Of a stretch of DNA of 64,000 nt, positions 12,801 through 27,300 are shown piece by piece. Source of the DNA: Lingula anatina. Its lineage: Eukaryota; Animalia; Brachiopoda. The stretch spans positions 30,318,001-30,382,000 of the forward strand of contig CM120642.1 of assembly GCA_051362555.1 (NCBI GenBank). Reading direction: 5' to 3'. Positions within the stretch are counted from its first letter, which is position 1; every line of letters starts with the position of its first letter. Below the pieces are notes generated by a model. The model worked only from the letters and a program-made list of their open reading frames with translations. It made no database searches and was not told the origin of the DNA. Position numbers and translations under genes: made by a program.

Positions 12801-15800
12801 TTCGACATATCAAGTAAATTGTTGATGTACAAGATATTTGCCCACCAGTAGTTCTTACAGTTGGGATCAATTCCACCTTTTGGCCACCCTGGACCATTCC
12901 CCCAGAGATAGAAAGTGGGAACATACACCATCATTACTAACATATACGGAGGAGTCAATCTGAAATTGAAAATTGCGTTTGGTGAGAAACGGGTGAGACA
13001 ATCGTTACAATGTAGCATTTACGTAGTGTAACAGAAAGGTTCTTGTCCACCAGAACGGGGAATACAGGTAGTGCGAAAGTCTATTTAAAAAAGAAAAAAG
13101 AAAAGAAAGAAAAACAAAATATATCAAAAGCTGGAAATGTACTGTACTAGTATGGTTACTAATGCCTACATGTCCAACACTGTCCTCTAACACTTCATGA
13201 ATATACATACAAAAGGGACAGATTTTCGGCGTGACAGTTTTATATTACCCTTTCGATCCTTTCTCCCCTATACACACTGTAGCATTTGGTTTCATTTCTT
13301 TTCTTTTTGTGCATCCATTATATTAAAATCAAAAGTATATTTTTGAAACAATTGTTCTTTTATGTCTAAACAAAGTTTTAACCAAATCTCACCCCCTCCC
13401 GGTGTGCTTTCATTTTTACAATTCATAAAGCTTACAAGTCTGGCATATTTGGTCATTAATATACATGTATTATAAATCAGAAAACGTCCATTTTTTATAC
13501 TCAAAAAATTGACCCTTCTTTAAACTTACTTGAATAAAAGTTTTTTTATTTATTTACCTCCAGAATCTGTGGAAATAATATAGTCCCCAGTTGACCCTGA
13601 ATCTACCACTCCCCTTCTTCATCTCTCTCAGTGTTAGATATGTGACAAGAAGACCGCTGAAGTATAAGTCACACTACAGTTTAAAAAAACAGAAATCATG
13701 GAAATAAAAAAAACGAAAAATCATGGAAATGTCTTACTTAACTATTCTGTGTTAGAAAATTGAATGTTCAATAGTAATATACGTTTCTCGTTTGATTATT
13801 GGAACTGTAGAGATCACGAGGGTGATTTGGATCATAAACACCTGGATAGCGTGCATGTGCACGTGTGAGTGTGCGCTTACTTCATCTTATAACCAGGAAT
13901 CTGATTCCATCCTAGATGTTTTGAATTATTTTACAATGAAAACAAAACGTTTGTTTTTATTATTTATGAATGCTATGCTATTTGTAAAATCTCAGAATAT
14001 AACATTTTCGTGTACTTTGATGAATTTGGGTGGTGACATTAAAGAAAAAAATTATTCTATGAACGTCTTACCGAGTCAGTTGTCTACAAGATTCCAAATT
14101 AAAAAGATCGGACATCGGTTTCTTTACCTCATAACAAAAAACGTATCTACAGAAAAAGTTCCAGACCACAGTGGCTGCATAGTCCAACTGTTCTTGTATT
14201 CTTCAAAAATAGGTCCTATGTTTCCTAAAAATTAGTGGCAGTAAAAATATTGTCATTTATTATATTATGGTATATCCATTAAACATTAGAAGTGAGGGGC
14301 AATTGAAAAAGTATTTTTCTCTTTATTTTATTATCTAAAAAGGATTATAGGTTATAGTTTCAACCTCACCTTCCCCGAAACTTACTAAAATCGAGGATCT
14401 GACATAAGTTATGAAATGACATTTAAAATAATACTTATACGGGCGTTGCTATTAAAATATGTATAAGTCCCTTATTGGACGGTCTTTTTCAATATTCAGT
14501 GACAGAATTGAGCCGTTTTCGTTTTATGTATACTTACCTACGAATGTAAAACAAAAAGCGTACGAGTGTCCCCAAATAACCCAGGAGAGACTCAGAAACC
14601 GTATTCCGTTGACACAAGTGAGAGCGCCACTGCCTTGCTTGGTGTTCAGAACTTTGGCACCGTTCGTGTACACGGAAAACGCTAGGATAACCTTGCTAAG
14701 TGTTCCTACGATTAAATTTGTAAAACGAACTTTCTTCAGTACTGAGCATCGTTTTAATGCTTTTAAATAAACTTGCAAAAGTTATGAAATATCTTGATGG
14801 GAAAAAGAACACGTGTGAGAGTTAAGCATACCAAAGGGGAATGTCATTTAAAGAATACAAATGATAATGATGATAATAACTACTGGTACATTGTAGTTTC
14901 ATAAAGCTTAAGCATTTTTATCTGCAGTACTGTACACATTATAACAAGTTTCACTATTTGTAAAGAAAAAGTAAAATATTCACTTTAAGTATCATGAGTA
15001 ATAATACATTAACTTCCACTTTCTTTGAGACCAATCACCTGCTTGATTTACTTTCTTCACGTAAGGATTGGCTGTATTATTGACCAACTGTGTGTAATCA
15101 TCCACCCGCAGTGAATGGTCACCTACGCTGCCATTGGCTGTTATATTTTGCCCACCGTAAGGAACAGATATCACGGTGGGTTCCGGGGATTCCTTATACT
15201 GAATGACCACGTCATAAATAGTTGCTATGGCAACCAGGAGTACAAAAGCCCCAGTTACGCACCTGGAACAAAGTTGTGATTTTTTCATAAAAATGATTGT
15301 GAAAGATTTTTCTATTAGCAATTCTAGTTCAGAATATGAAAGCATGCGGTATCACTACATCTGGATCTATGTGTTATAACCAAAAGGTAGGCCTACTTAT
15401 ACTGTATGTTGAAGAGTTACTCACACGACAGCAATGGCATCTGAAGTCCACGTTTTGTCAACTTGTGCACAATTGACATTTGAAACTCCACCTTCTTTCA
15501 CCCCAAAAACTGACAAAACTGAAAGAAATTAATTCATTATCCATACTTTGGTCAATCATTCGTATGAAGTTTATTACGAACAAATGGCAAACCACCCGTT
15601 CTTCACAAATTTGATGGATAATCCCCAGCAACGTACTGTCTGCTGGTCTCCACTCATGCAAAGTTAGAAAACCGTTTGTAATGGGTATTTTAAAAAAGAA
15701 AAAAGAAGCAAATCGTTGAATCATTGCATGCACATTGTTTCAGTTCAGTTATAACCATCTCCAACTAAACAGTCTCGGGACCTATTTGACATCCATGATA

Positions 15801-17655
15801 TATTGAGTTTAACCTTGTGAATAACCATTTTGAGGATCAAAATGACTATTATAAGTACGAATCAATTATTAATAGCGTACACGAGTACCTACATGTGTTA
15901 ACCAGACCCTTGACATCTTCTTCGCTGCATCCAGCAGGTACACAGATTCCAACATATAAGCCGCTGACACCATAAGCAGCCTAAAGTACACATACAGACT
16001 TCACTCATTAACCTGGACCCTATACTATTTCTCAGTGTATTCAATATACTTGTAGAATAAAATGCTGTAGGTTCGACAGTAACAAAAGGATTATAGGTAC
16101 ATCTCTTACTACATTAAGGGATCTATCCTGCATTTAGTCCGATCAGGGCAAAGTAATAAAGTAAGCCTTCAGGTGCTAAACGAGGGGGAAATCAGTCCAA
16201 CAGCATCGTATTAGCAGTCATGAGATTATTTTGGACGCTAATGTTCTACACTCTAAAATCCGAGACAAAACAAGATGATGACAGGACGAAAGACAATTCG
16301 CCATATACTGTTACATGGAAATAGAAAAATATTTTTTTGTGGGATGCATTTTGTTTGCTGACTGAAATATGTATTTACATTTATAAATGTCACCTGTTTC
16401 ACTTTCGTTTTAGATTGCGTTTTCTCCTTGACATGATGAGAAAAAAAAAAAAACAGGAAAAGGAAGTACACATTTAGCTTTATGAAAACTCACCATAGAT
16501 TTAGGGGCTGGTAAAGTGGGCATACAGTACTGTCCGTCAAACTGGTCGGTGGGGCCTAATTGGGTGGTGTTGTCTGTACCATTCACTTTTATCTGGACAG
16601 TGGCTTTCACTTTGGTGCATTCATCGAAGGAGCCAGCCCAAATCATTTTCCCGTCCAGTATTCCGCTCGGTAATTTGGTTGTAGCGTCAAACACTGGAAA
16701 CACAATTTCTTCGATTTTTAATGTGAAAATGTATACATCTGAAAACCAACAAAACAAATCCAATTTTCATTTTGATTTTAAGAAATATCAAATAAGCCAA
16801 CCCACTGAGATAACGTTCGTGGGATATTGAAAGCATTGTAGGCATAAATCTTTTAGCTTATTCGTTCAAATAACACATGCCAAAGTTTCGAATAACATGT
16901 CAAAGATAGTGCACATTTGACTCATTAAAGCAATAATAACTCTTCGTTTCGGCCAAAAAATGAATTTTCCTGGAGTAAACAACAATTTTCCCATGCTTAC
17001 CAATGGTTAATGAATCCATTTTTACATTCAAAGTTAGTCCCTGGTTTTTTTCTAAAAAGTTTGGTTTTTTGTTAAAATCTCTTAAGAGATTTTAACAGAG
17101 TATAGACATCAATGGAGGTCACGTGGTCTAAAGACAAGTTCAAATATCAGAATAAAAGCTATAACTGCTGTTTTTGTGGTAAAACAGAATATATTATATT
17201 TCTATGAGTTATTCACAAGGTTTTTATTGTGAAATATAGGTCTCATACAAAGAGTTATTATGCCTTTAAAGTCATAAACCATGTTTAAGAAAACATGAAT
17301 TCTACACTAACTTGAATTCTGCACTGTGTTTAAAACGGGAAACTTGATGGTAAGTAAACATATCGAAAAATTAATGGTTAAATGCTTCAGAAGTTTGATC
17401 TTCTTATTTTCCAAATGATTGAAATGGAGGCCATAACTCCCTTTTGGATTAATAGCCCATTTAATTATATATATAAATGGTCATAAATGGAATTACGTAA
17501 CGATTGAAGTACGTCGTAGGAGCCAATTTAGCGGCCAGATAACGATGTACGTGCATCGGTCTATGTCCATATAATACACATTTCACGAACTATCCAGATA
17601 TATCAAAGGATGAGAATAAAACTGACAGCGAGTCGAGATACAAACTAGATACATG

Positions 17656-17710
<55 letters not shown>

Positions 17711-18977
17711 GAATCTCCGAATTAAATGTTGCGTTACATATTAACTTTATCGGTCATATTAAATTCTACTGAAGTAGGCTTACTATCTCGACACCATCCA
17801 AAGGTAAGCATTATAAGGCGTGCACACTGTGTGTGACGACAACTGTCAGCATCGGTGAGTCGTCTTTCAATCGGCTGTCGGGATGGCAAAATGTTTGCAT
17901 ATGCAGCCTACTAGGCTCGTTCGAATTTTTTTAATTTAGAGGCTAACACCTGCTTTTAAAGGGTGTCCGTTTCACAATGAAATACAACATATTTTTTACC
18001 GCATTTATAGATTTTGCGTGTATCAGTTTTGTTTTTAACATCTGTTATCAACAATTTCCGCGAAATTTAGATAATGTAGAACAGGACGACCAAGTGAGTG
18101 CTTAAAAGTCATGATAAACTGTCAGTGAGTTGAGCCATATCAATGAAAAAATCTTTATCATTGTCAAGAGTAAATACGGTGATATGCGTACCCAAGTTCG
18201 TTATATTTCGATTGGATAACGCCAACGGATTGTACACTATATACTTAGCAGTGCGAGCGTACTTGATGTGTCACGGGAGTAAAGGTATCCAGGCCGGCGG
18301 TATTACACCATCAACCTATAGGACATATACAATAGGTAAACCATCGATCAACAGACTCGGTTTCCCTTCACACTTTTCATAACAGCCAAAATAGAGAGCA
18401 CGTTTAATATGTTACCCTTTCCTAGCTCCTGCTATAAATGCATATGAATATAATAACTCCGGCTTGTATAAATAGTACGGATTAAAAGTCTGAATTTTAA
18501 ATCCGAAGCCAAACAAAACAAGAGAGAAAATATTCTCGCTCTCTTCTTTCTCCGCCAACATAGATCTTTATAACACACCACAAAACCCAAAGTGATATGC
18601 TATTTACAAACATAACCACACTCACTTCGTAAGGCCCAGATCTGCCTAGTCATCAGACCACCAAGATAGTGTTCCGTTCTATTGAAGCACGTTTCCGAGA
18701 CGTTGACGTCCAGCGCTTTAAACTGACTTAGGCGCCCCAAGAACGCTGCCATCGTGTCCAGATCTATGCCTTTGTGATCTAGAGAATTCGTCAGAATCTG
18801 TTGCAGAGATTCCTGCTTTGACTTGATGTTCAAGCTATTAATCCTATGAACAGCTTGTTCAAAACTTTCAACTTTGCCAAAACCTTCTGTCAGATATTGC
18901 CTTCCATCCAGTTGCGCCTTGGTTAAAAAAGTCACTGATGTTATAATATGTAACAAAGACAGCACGTTCCATTTCAT
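9833..18977 (-). CDS. Nose resistant to fluoxetine 6 / O-acyltransferase-like protein (NRF domain + acyltransferase_3, ~750 aa)
   Basis: 15 exons: 18977-18626, 16693-16494, 15980-15893, 15518-15425, 15262-15039, 14705-14538, 14224-14128, 13656-13558, 12959-12797, 12530-12451, 11946-11830, 11493-11376, 11012-10826, 10384-10242, 9955-9833 (2253 nt). Signal-peptide-like N-terminus; NRF motifs WALRMFDA..KLPSGILDG...GSFDEC and GICVPAGCS; acyltransferase motifs CVNGIRFLSLSWVIWGH, FSVDTFF, RFWRLTPPY, CMGWSWYLANDMQFF, YMKPWTRIGPY and MFEAP. Confidence 0.93.
10188..10213. repeat. poly-G homopolymer in NRF-6 intron
   Basis: About 26 consecutive G. Confidence 0.9.
11102..11270. mobile_element. Possible MITE remnant (CAGGGGCGGATCCAGGA-type terminus)
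   Basis: CAGGGGCGGATCCAGGATT...GGGGGGGG at 11102 resembles a common invertebrate non-autonomous element end; the other end was not found. Confidence 0.35.
17659..17707. repeat. (TA)n microsatellite
   Basis: About 24 TA units in NRF-6 intron 1. Confidence 0.95.
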
Positions 18978-20406
18978 TTTGGGTACGGCTGAGGCAAGTT
19001 AATAAGAGCTAAAATGTCGTGGTACCTCGCCGTGTTTAACCGATGCTTATTGAACGCCCTAATCCTGTGCCTTATTCAAATATTTAATTTTAGCTGCGGT
19101 AAGTACGACAATATGCAATCTACTAAGACTGAAACGTTTGCGTCAACTAGAGTATGAGATGTCTACGGCTTGAAAGCAGCACTTCTGTTTCCAGTTCTTC
19201 AGTGTCTCACCCCGCTGCTTGCACTTTGACAGATATTCAATGCAGTATCAGTAGGCTAAGTCTACTCTATTATACCACTCGCCTCAAACCCGATCACGTG
19301 ATTAGGTTACGTTATCGTCTTTATTAGCTGCTGACCTCATGCTCAGTTACATAGTACGTCAGGAAATCTCGTGCAGAAACAAGTTAAAGGGTTTCACTCC
19401 GACCATGGACAAAATTCGTAATCTTGTCCATGCTCCGACAGTGACAAGTTCACGTGAATTGAACAGGGGCGTCTTTATTGATATGCAGTGACATCAAGGA
19501 TTGGATAATTCGCTTGCAAATGTTTGTCTAAACCTTTACGCGTCGCGTTTCCTCAAAAAGTAATCATTGATCGTTTCGGTGATGTAGGTAATAAAAGTTG
19601 CGGTCTGTTTATACGTGATATTTCATTAGTTGCGAAAAATATTTTTGCAAGTTCATTAGGCTACTCTGCTCGTTTGTGAGTGAGTTTATGCATTTGTGGT
19701 AAATTTTCATCCGGGGTGTAGAACTCTTTCACAGATGATGATTTAGAATAGATGGAGATGCAAATCAAACTTAAATTGGTTGTTTTACTTAGAATCAGCC
19801 ATGTATTTTTTTGTTTCCTAAATTTTGGTGGATCAATTTTAGGTTTTAAAAGAACTGATATCACAGTGACAGTGAAGAAATTATTACAAGTTTAAAAAAA
19901 ATGAATCCCTATTTTCATTTATAAGTCAGAAAAAAGGAATAAACCAAATAATTTGGAAAAATATTCCATATGAAATGTGAAGTCTGTACACACCCTTTAA
20001 AATGAAGCTGTAATATGAGGTGCCCCGGTAGAATGTCAAGTTAAAAGGCATTACGAGACCAAATCGTTCTCCTTTTTACAAAATAATGTTGGACCCGTTC
20101 CTGTTTTCTATCATTTTTAAACAAATAAGAACATCAGTTCTAAACTATCCGCAATTCTTTTAGACCAAAGTTTTCTTGACATTTCCGATGGAAATATCGA
20201 CATCGAGGGGTGTCATTTTAAATATCTAAATTTGGAAAAATAAGTAGCATTGTAAGATATTTAGACATAAAATATGACTTTGGGACACATTAACACACAG
20301 AGTATAGCTTTAACTTTAAATAGTGAGAAGTATTTGTCTTGAATATTACTCTAAATACCCTGTAGGTATATTTAACACAACTCTGTGAAGACACTAAAAG
20401 CACTCT

Positions 20407-20412
20407 TTTATT
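20407..20412 (-). terminator. Candidate polyadenylation signal of alpha-spectrin
   Basis: TTTATT on + (AATAAA on -) about 950 nt past the stop at 21359. Confidence 0.4.
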
Positions 20413-21358
20413 GTTTATAGAAGAAATGAAGCAACTACAGAATAAGCAGCTCAAAGAAATGAGAACAGTTCGGTGTTGGCAGCACACCACAATACTATCT
20501 TTTACCATGACTCACATGGCGATCAAAAGCATGTAGAAACAAGTGGAAAAGTAAATGCCATTCAAGACTTCCTCCTATTTTCCACGTTACATCATGTCCA
20601 GGTTTCAAAACTGGTAGTTAATAAGACATCAACAAACGTATAAAGAAGCATGACTACATTTAAGATGTAAATATTTCCAATGACACTCTGTTCTTCAACT
20701 TTTGCTTTTTGTCAAAAACCATTACTTAACCTTAAGCAGTAACAAGCTATTACAATGTTATCATATAATTTTAGTGATGCCCAGTTCAAAATCTTTAAGC
20801 AATACTGTTCCATCTGGTCATAACACAGCTATTCAGCTTACATCACTGTTATATAATATACTACTAATATAGTACCACAGTTCAGCATTTAAGTCACAAC
20901 AATAAGGAAACATTCTAGGAAAACAAGTTTAATATCTCCCACCATTCAGACCTGGTGGTCATTAGAAAGATGGTATAAAATGACGAGTTGGGTCTGACCA
21001 TCTTGTGCTGCTACCTGGTGGTAAACAAATGACCATTCATAGAAACTTCAAGGTTGTTGATGTTCTTCTACCGTTTTTATGGTAGGTAAAATCTCTGATG
21101 CTGAATGGAGTACTGGTACATACATTAAGACCTTTAGACATATTAAAATACTTCTCCTGGGCTACTACAGAGTAAAAAAACGATCTTCATGTAAAAGCTC
21201 TCAAATGCAAGTCTCTTGCTTCATCTTTTAAATGCAATTTATTTCAGAAAAGTTTCATAAAAGCTGTCCAGTTGAGTTGCCTTCCTAAAAACAGATTCAC
21301 TTCTATTGCAGCTAACATACGCAGTCTACATAAACATCATAAAAGGGTAAGATGGCTC

Positions 21359-24300
21359 CTAATTCACAAACAGAGATTGGGTGAATTCAGCGTAATCATA
21401 GGCTTCCATGATCTCTCGCCCCTTCGGGTCTTGGTATTTTTTCATCCTTGATATGCAGTAATCTGCCTGTTCTTTTGTAAGGTTCTGGAAGAAAAATTGT
21501 ATAAGTTGAAATGAGATCCTACTGCCATAACTTGGACTTTCTAGAGACAACTACACTCAGCCTTTTAAACAAAATCGTTAATATTTCAATTTCTTTAATT
21601 TTTACCCATTAGTCGCTTAACTACTCTTTACACTTAATAAATTGTAGTCTTCAACATTTCTATTAAAAGTGCATGGCAATAACAATAGATTGTATTAAAA
21701 TGTTACATGAGTTTATATAAATACAACCATGTGCAATTTGGTTTCTGTCTATCACATGAGCATTCTCCCATGCATACTATCGATTACAGAGACCAATATT
21801 TGACGCAAATCTCTTCTGACATGTAACATTCATGCTGTAATTAAGTTAATACACATACAGTAAGTAAGTTAGCCTGCACTCAGACTAACAACACTGCCTG
21901 TATGCTACTGACCTGGTAAAGCTCTGAGGCAGTAATATAAGGTTTGTCCCCAGAGGTGAGGGCCCTGAAAGCCTCCTCCACATCTTTGCTGGACTGGACA
22001 TTCTCTGTCTCCCGACTGATCATAAACGCCATGTATTCTTGTAAGGACACGTAGCCATCCCTGCAATAGGAACACTGATTAGTACTACCATGTCTAGACT
22101 TCACAGTGTTTTGGGAAATGTACTTCTACTTTTATCATAAGAATAGTCCGTTTAACTCCTGATTATAACACATTATGCTTGTGTGGTTATTTCAATCCTG
22201 CAGTCCCTATTAAGTTAATTTCATAGTTATAACCAACTTTCATTATGACAGGAATAAAAATTAAATAGATGAAAAAAAAAAATCATTAAACTGTCAGGGT
22301 TGGGAATTGAGACTCCCACAATAAACCTGAGCATTGCACACATGGAGAGAATTTTGAAACTAAAGAAAATGTTCATCTGTGTGTTATCTGACCTGTTGGG
22401 GTCCACACTGTCCAGTATAGCTACAAACTCGGGGTCCACCTGTCCCTCCTCCACCATTGGCAGGTCATACCCCAGGGCACGCAGGCAGGACTTGAACTCA
22501 TGGTGGTCCAGCTTGCCACTCTTGTCTTTATCAAAATGTCTGTGGAAGAAAAATAATAAGGAAAGGTATATAACTTTGCCACTCGTCTTTTTCAAAATGT
22601 CTTGGGTGGAAGAAAAAAAAAAAGAAAAATAAAAGAATAAATAAAATGCTATGTTGAAAATAATCACTTCATATCTTTCACTTTATACTTTTACTTAGTA
22701 CAATGTACTCATTCACTACTTCAATACATCTACCCAGATTAAGACAGCTCATAGCTGTATGAAAATAAATCCACTCACTTGAACATCATACTGAATTCTC
22801 TGAGAGCATCCTCAGAGACACCACTCTGATTTCTGGCCTGGATCTGTTGTTCTAAGTTGTGTTGCATTCTCATCCCAAGCTGGTCCAGCTGATCCCACTG
22901 CTGTGCCAGACCCACTGTACTGTGCTCTGTATACCTGGAATACAAAACACACGCCACAGACAATTACAGAACACCTTCAAGAGTGCTATCAACCCTAGCT
23001 GAGGATAAAGATAATCTTTTTTTTTCTTCAAAAAATGGCGTCCTGAATTCAGTTGAAATTGTACATCACTTCTTTCGCAACTGAATAACTGTCCACCCTG
23101 AAAATTTTATCAAAATTCGTGGAGAACTTTTTAGGGATATCTTGTACACTAACAAACCAATGCATATCACAGCCATTTTGTAAATCTGTTTAGCTTAAAT
23201 TCCGTCTTTTTCATATATGCATCATAATCATAGAAATTCTTAAAAAGAATGAAATTTTAATTCTCCCCTATACCCCTGTATAATTAAATAAGTGGTGAAG
23301 AGAGCTGCTTTAGCATATGACTACAAAACTATGGCATTTTTAGCTCTATGATGGTGATAAAGGTATAGATGGAGCTTCTTCCTACCTGTTATCCAAGATG
23401 AGCCTCTCCTCCAGTGCAGCACCCAGGTCTTCTATTCTCTTCAGTTGTCCCTTCTGAGCTCTCACCTCTGCTGATTTTTTCTAGAATTAGACACGTGATT
23501 GGATTTGAAGTAAATCTAGTAAGGCTATTGTATACACCATCATATTACTTTGTAATATATATACTGATATCTGTATAATATGTATACCAGATTCACTACG
23601 TGCAATTACAATTAAAATAAAGTGTAACAAACATTATAGAAAATATTTTCAGAAAAACAAATCAAACAATTTCTTACAAAATTCCTTTACAGTCAAAAAA
23701 TGGAAATCAAGGCACATTTTACCCCACAATATAACCATCTTACCTTTGTAGCTTCAAGCTGGTCTTCCAAAGTTCCTGTGCCTTCCATCATAGCTTGCCT
23801 GAAACATGTTCAACAGACATGTCAGAACACTTCATCAGCAACAAACATTATGGCAGACACTCTTAGATTGGTTATACGAATACTTAAAGATTTTTTTTGT
23901 CTAAAATATATGTTTTAAAGTGTAAAACAATGACACCAAGTAACAGGTACTGCTTGATTTTAATATGATGTGAGATCACAATAGATTTTTTAAGGTAAAA
24001 TTCTATATGATGCTCTGATTTGGATAAGAATTATATTAATATTCATTTTTCTTCCTCATGTATCCATCAGTTGATTTAACATTTTTGGTTTGATTAAAAG
24101 AAAATCCTGGTAATGTTCACATAGAATAAAATCAAAATAAGAAGTCTAGCCCTTATTAATAATAATAAACTTAAAATATACTGCATCATACAATTTCACA
24201 TGTAAGTGATGAATCTTACAGCCACATGTGCATAACCATAACCATACCACAAAGAACAGAATTCATCATTTTTTACCATAACTATATATCACCTACAGCT

Positions 24301-27300
24301 TGCCACACATATAACATAAGTCCACATATACACCTTATTGTCACTGATGTTTTCAAATTACCAGGGAGATGGGATTACTTTAGGAGTTGATTCCCATGTA
24401 TTTTTCTCGTAATGGATGTGTCCCCCACGATCTCTATAGTCTTTCCTTATATCACCATAATAATTGAACACACTGTAAGTTCCTGTGGTTCATTAAACCA
24501 AGGTTTTTTGTATTCATCATCTCACACAACAGCAGCACTGTCCCATTTGATGCTCTAACACATTTCACACTCCTCACATCATTTTATGGGGACATAAGTA
24601 ACCCCATCACTGAGCATTTGTTTTTAAATTACACTACTTCAAAAGCTTTGATCTCCATCCCTTCTTCCACACAGATAAGAATCATACCCATAGCATTGAC
24701 TATATGCCTTTCCTTGTACTAAATTTTCAAGCAAACCCACACCCATAGTGTGCTGCATAAATATAAAGTCTGCTATTTCAGAACATAAAAATATATAACC
24801 CTTACAGAAATATATGCTTTTCTTTTAAGTCCACATAAAACACAACATAAACTTCAACTGCATTTAAATCTTATACTGGCATGCTAAGAACCAAGAGATA
24901 TTTACGGGTCTAGAAGCCACATCCTGGTCATCAGCAATGCAGGTAACAACATCGATGATGGAGGGAACAAGAAGTTTACATGTATTAGACAACATTTAAC
25001 AAGTAATAAAATGAAGGTTTATTAACAAAAGCAAATAAATAGATAAATAAATCTTGTTTGAAAGAACTAAAATAAAATTTCAAATTCTTCATAATTTTCT
25101 CTCTCAATTTCAATTTAAAAAACACTTGTGAAATTTCAAAAATATCCTATAACTCATTAATTTCCATTGCAACAAATGCATCATGAGAGGCAATGGTAAA
25201 AGCTCATCAGTCTCAACATGTGCCTACAAACAGGACTAATTCTTCTGCTAAACTGTAACTACCATGCTGAAGCAGGGAGCAAAATAGCCAGCTACTAACA
25301 AGGACTCGTCTCTTTACTAACCAGCCTGGGGACAATTAGCTTAAAAACCAAACAAGGATTTAGCCTACTAATAATGCAGGGAATCCTAATGCTACTGATA
25401 CTGCTGCTTGTTTTGTTTCTCTAACAAACATGACATTAACCATGCTTCAAAGACCTGAAGACTACCCCCGTTTTCCACAATACACCATCCAAATGTATTT
25501 CAGAAGCAAGGGGTTAATGGATGCTGGGTTTAGAAAAAGGTAGTGTTATTCTTTTTAACTCCTAGTTCACTAATAAAATTCAATGCACTAAAATTAGCCT
25601 GCAGAGATGACACTGAAGCTTAATAATTCAAGTACAGGCAATACTCAGAAAACAGGTCTTAAGTTCTACCATTTCTACCCCCCCCCTCCCCTCCCCGCCC
25701 ATTTCAGCCTCTTAGGGTCAAGCAAGGTTGGATAACTAGAATTTGGTCAGTAGGGGTGTGGTCAGCAATGCAGACAACTGACCAACTGTTGACTATAGTG
25801 ATACTTCACTATCGCTAGGATGTTAAACTTTTAGCAGCATGCCTCGAATTAAATACAAAGGTTTTGTATAACACTATTATCATTAGAATCATGTAACAAA
25901 CATACTGTTATTGTCACTCAGCTACAGCAATGAGATTCACATACACATTTTTTTCTCACACATAATCACTCTGCACTAATAAAAAACTCAAAAAACCTTT
26001 TGGCTTTAAGTATGACAGTCATACACATGTACATACATGTCCAGAGAATGCAAAAGCTGGATAAAAGTCAAGACCTTAACCCCATTTCAGTGGCTCTCTT
26101 TGCTACATGCATAACTCTCTAACTTCTTTCTGTGGCATATAAATACATGAAAACTGCATACACAGAATATGTACTTGAATGCATTCATATAACATGCACA
26201 GCTTGTCAATGTCACATGCTATTAGCAGGAACTTTCTAAAGTCAGTTTATCTTGTTTTATAGTTGGGAAGAGTAATATATGGGGCGTGGCATAACAATAA
26301 ACATAATTTAAGGCATGCAGCATTATCTGCATCAATTAAATATCAGATTGTTCATTTATCTTGACATTCCCAAAAGTAATATAGATTATTGAAACATGGC
26401 AACGTAAATTTTTTCCTCCAAAATTCTCATTACAATTACTCAAATAAGTTTTCAAGAAATAAAACATAATCTGAATCAACTGTTTAAAAATTTAGATCTT
26501 TTTTGGTCTAAACTTCTCAAGATTTAGGAACAAATCAAAACGTTGATGCCAGCAAAGGTACACTGAGCTGACACTAGAGGGCTCTGTTATCAATATACTC
26601 CACTGACCTTGTCTCTGTCAGCCACGAGTGGAAGGCGTTGGCCGCCTGTGCAAACTGTTTCCTCAGCACGTCGTTCTCTTCCTGGCGTTGTTGTTCACGA
26701 GCCAGTTCTGCATCACGCTCCTGGAAAACCCAAAAACTGAGTAAATATCTAGATAAGAAAACAAGAATAAATAGGTCATAGGTTAAAGATTTGTAATGCC
26801 TTGCTTTGCTTGAAACATTTTTGTTTGTAGTTGGAAGCATTTTCTCTAATCATCCTTAAGTAGCATATTGCTGAAGGTTTTTAAAGCACGAATCATACAA
26901 ATAATTTTCATACAGTTCATGAAATCTACTTTATCTCAAAAACCATACGACAGGTCTAACTGTTGAGAAAAAAATAAGCAAAATAGCACAAAACATGCAG
27001 AGGATCAGGGATCTCGCATGCACAGACACTAAATCAGTTCTATCTTGCCGATTACCTTGATGATCTTCTGCAGGTTCCTCCAGGTGTCATCCAGGTTCTC
27101 CATAGTAAACCATGTGTACGGATTGGGGCCCACATTGAAGCTCTTGATCTGCTTGTCCAGGGCGGCCAGCTGGTTGAAGTCTGCCTGGGCAGCACTGAGG
27201 GATGCCTTGAACTGGTCATGAGCCTCACGCAGGGCCTGGAAATGGGTGGGGAGAGGGGTGTCAAATATTTTCTTTAATATCATTTCATAACTACTATACT

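Noticed and set aside
17955-20000. TTTAAAGGGTGT ... ACACCCTTTAAA as TIRs around NRF-6 exon 1
   Set aside because: Only about 12 bp match and no further extension; probably unrelated repeat remnants.
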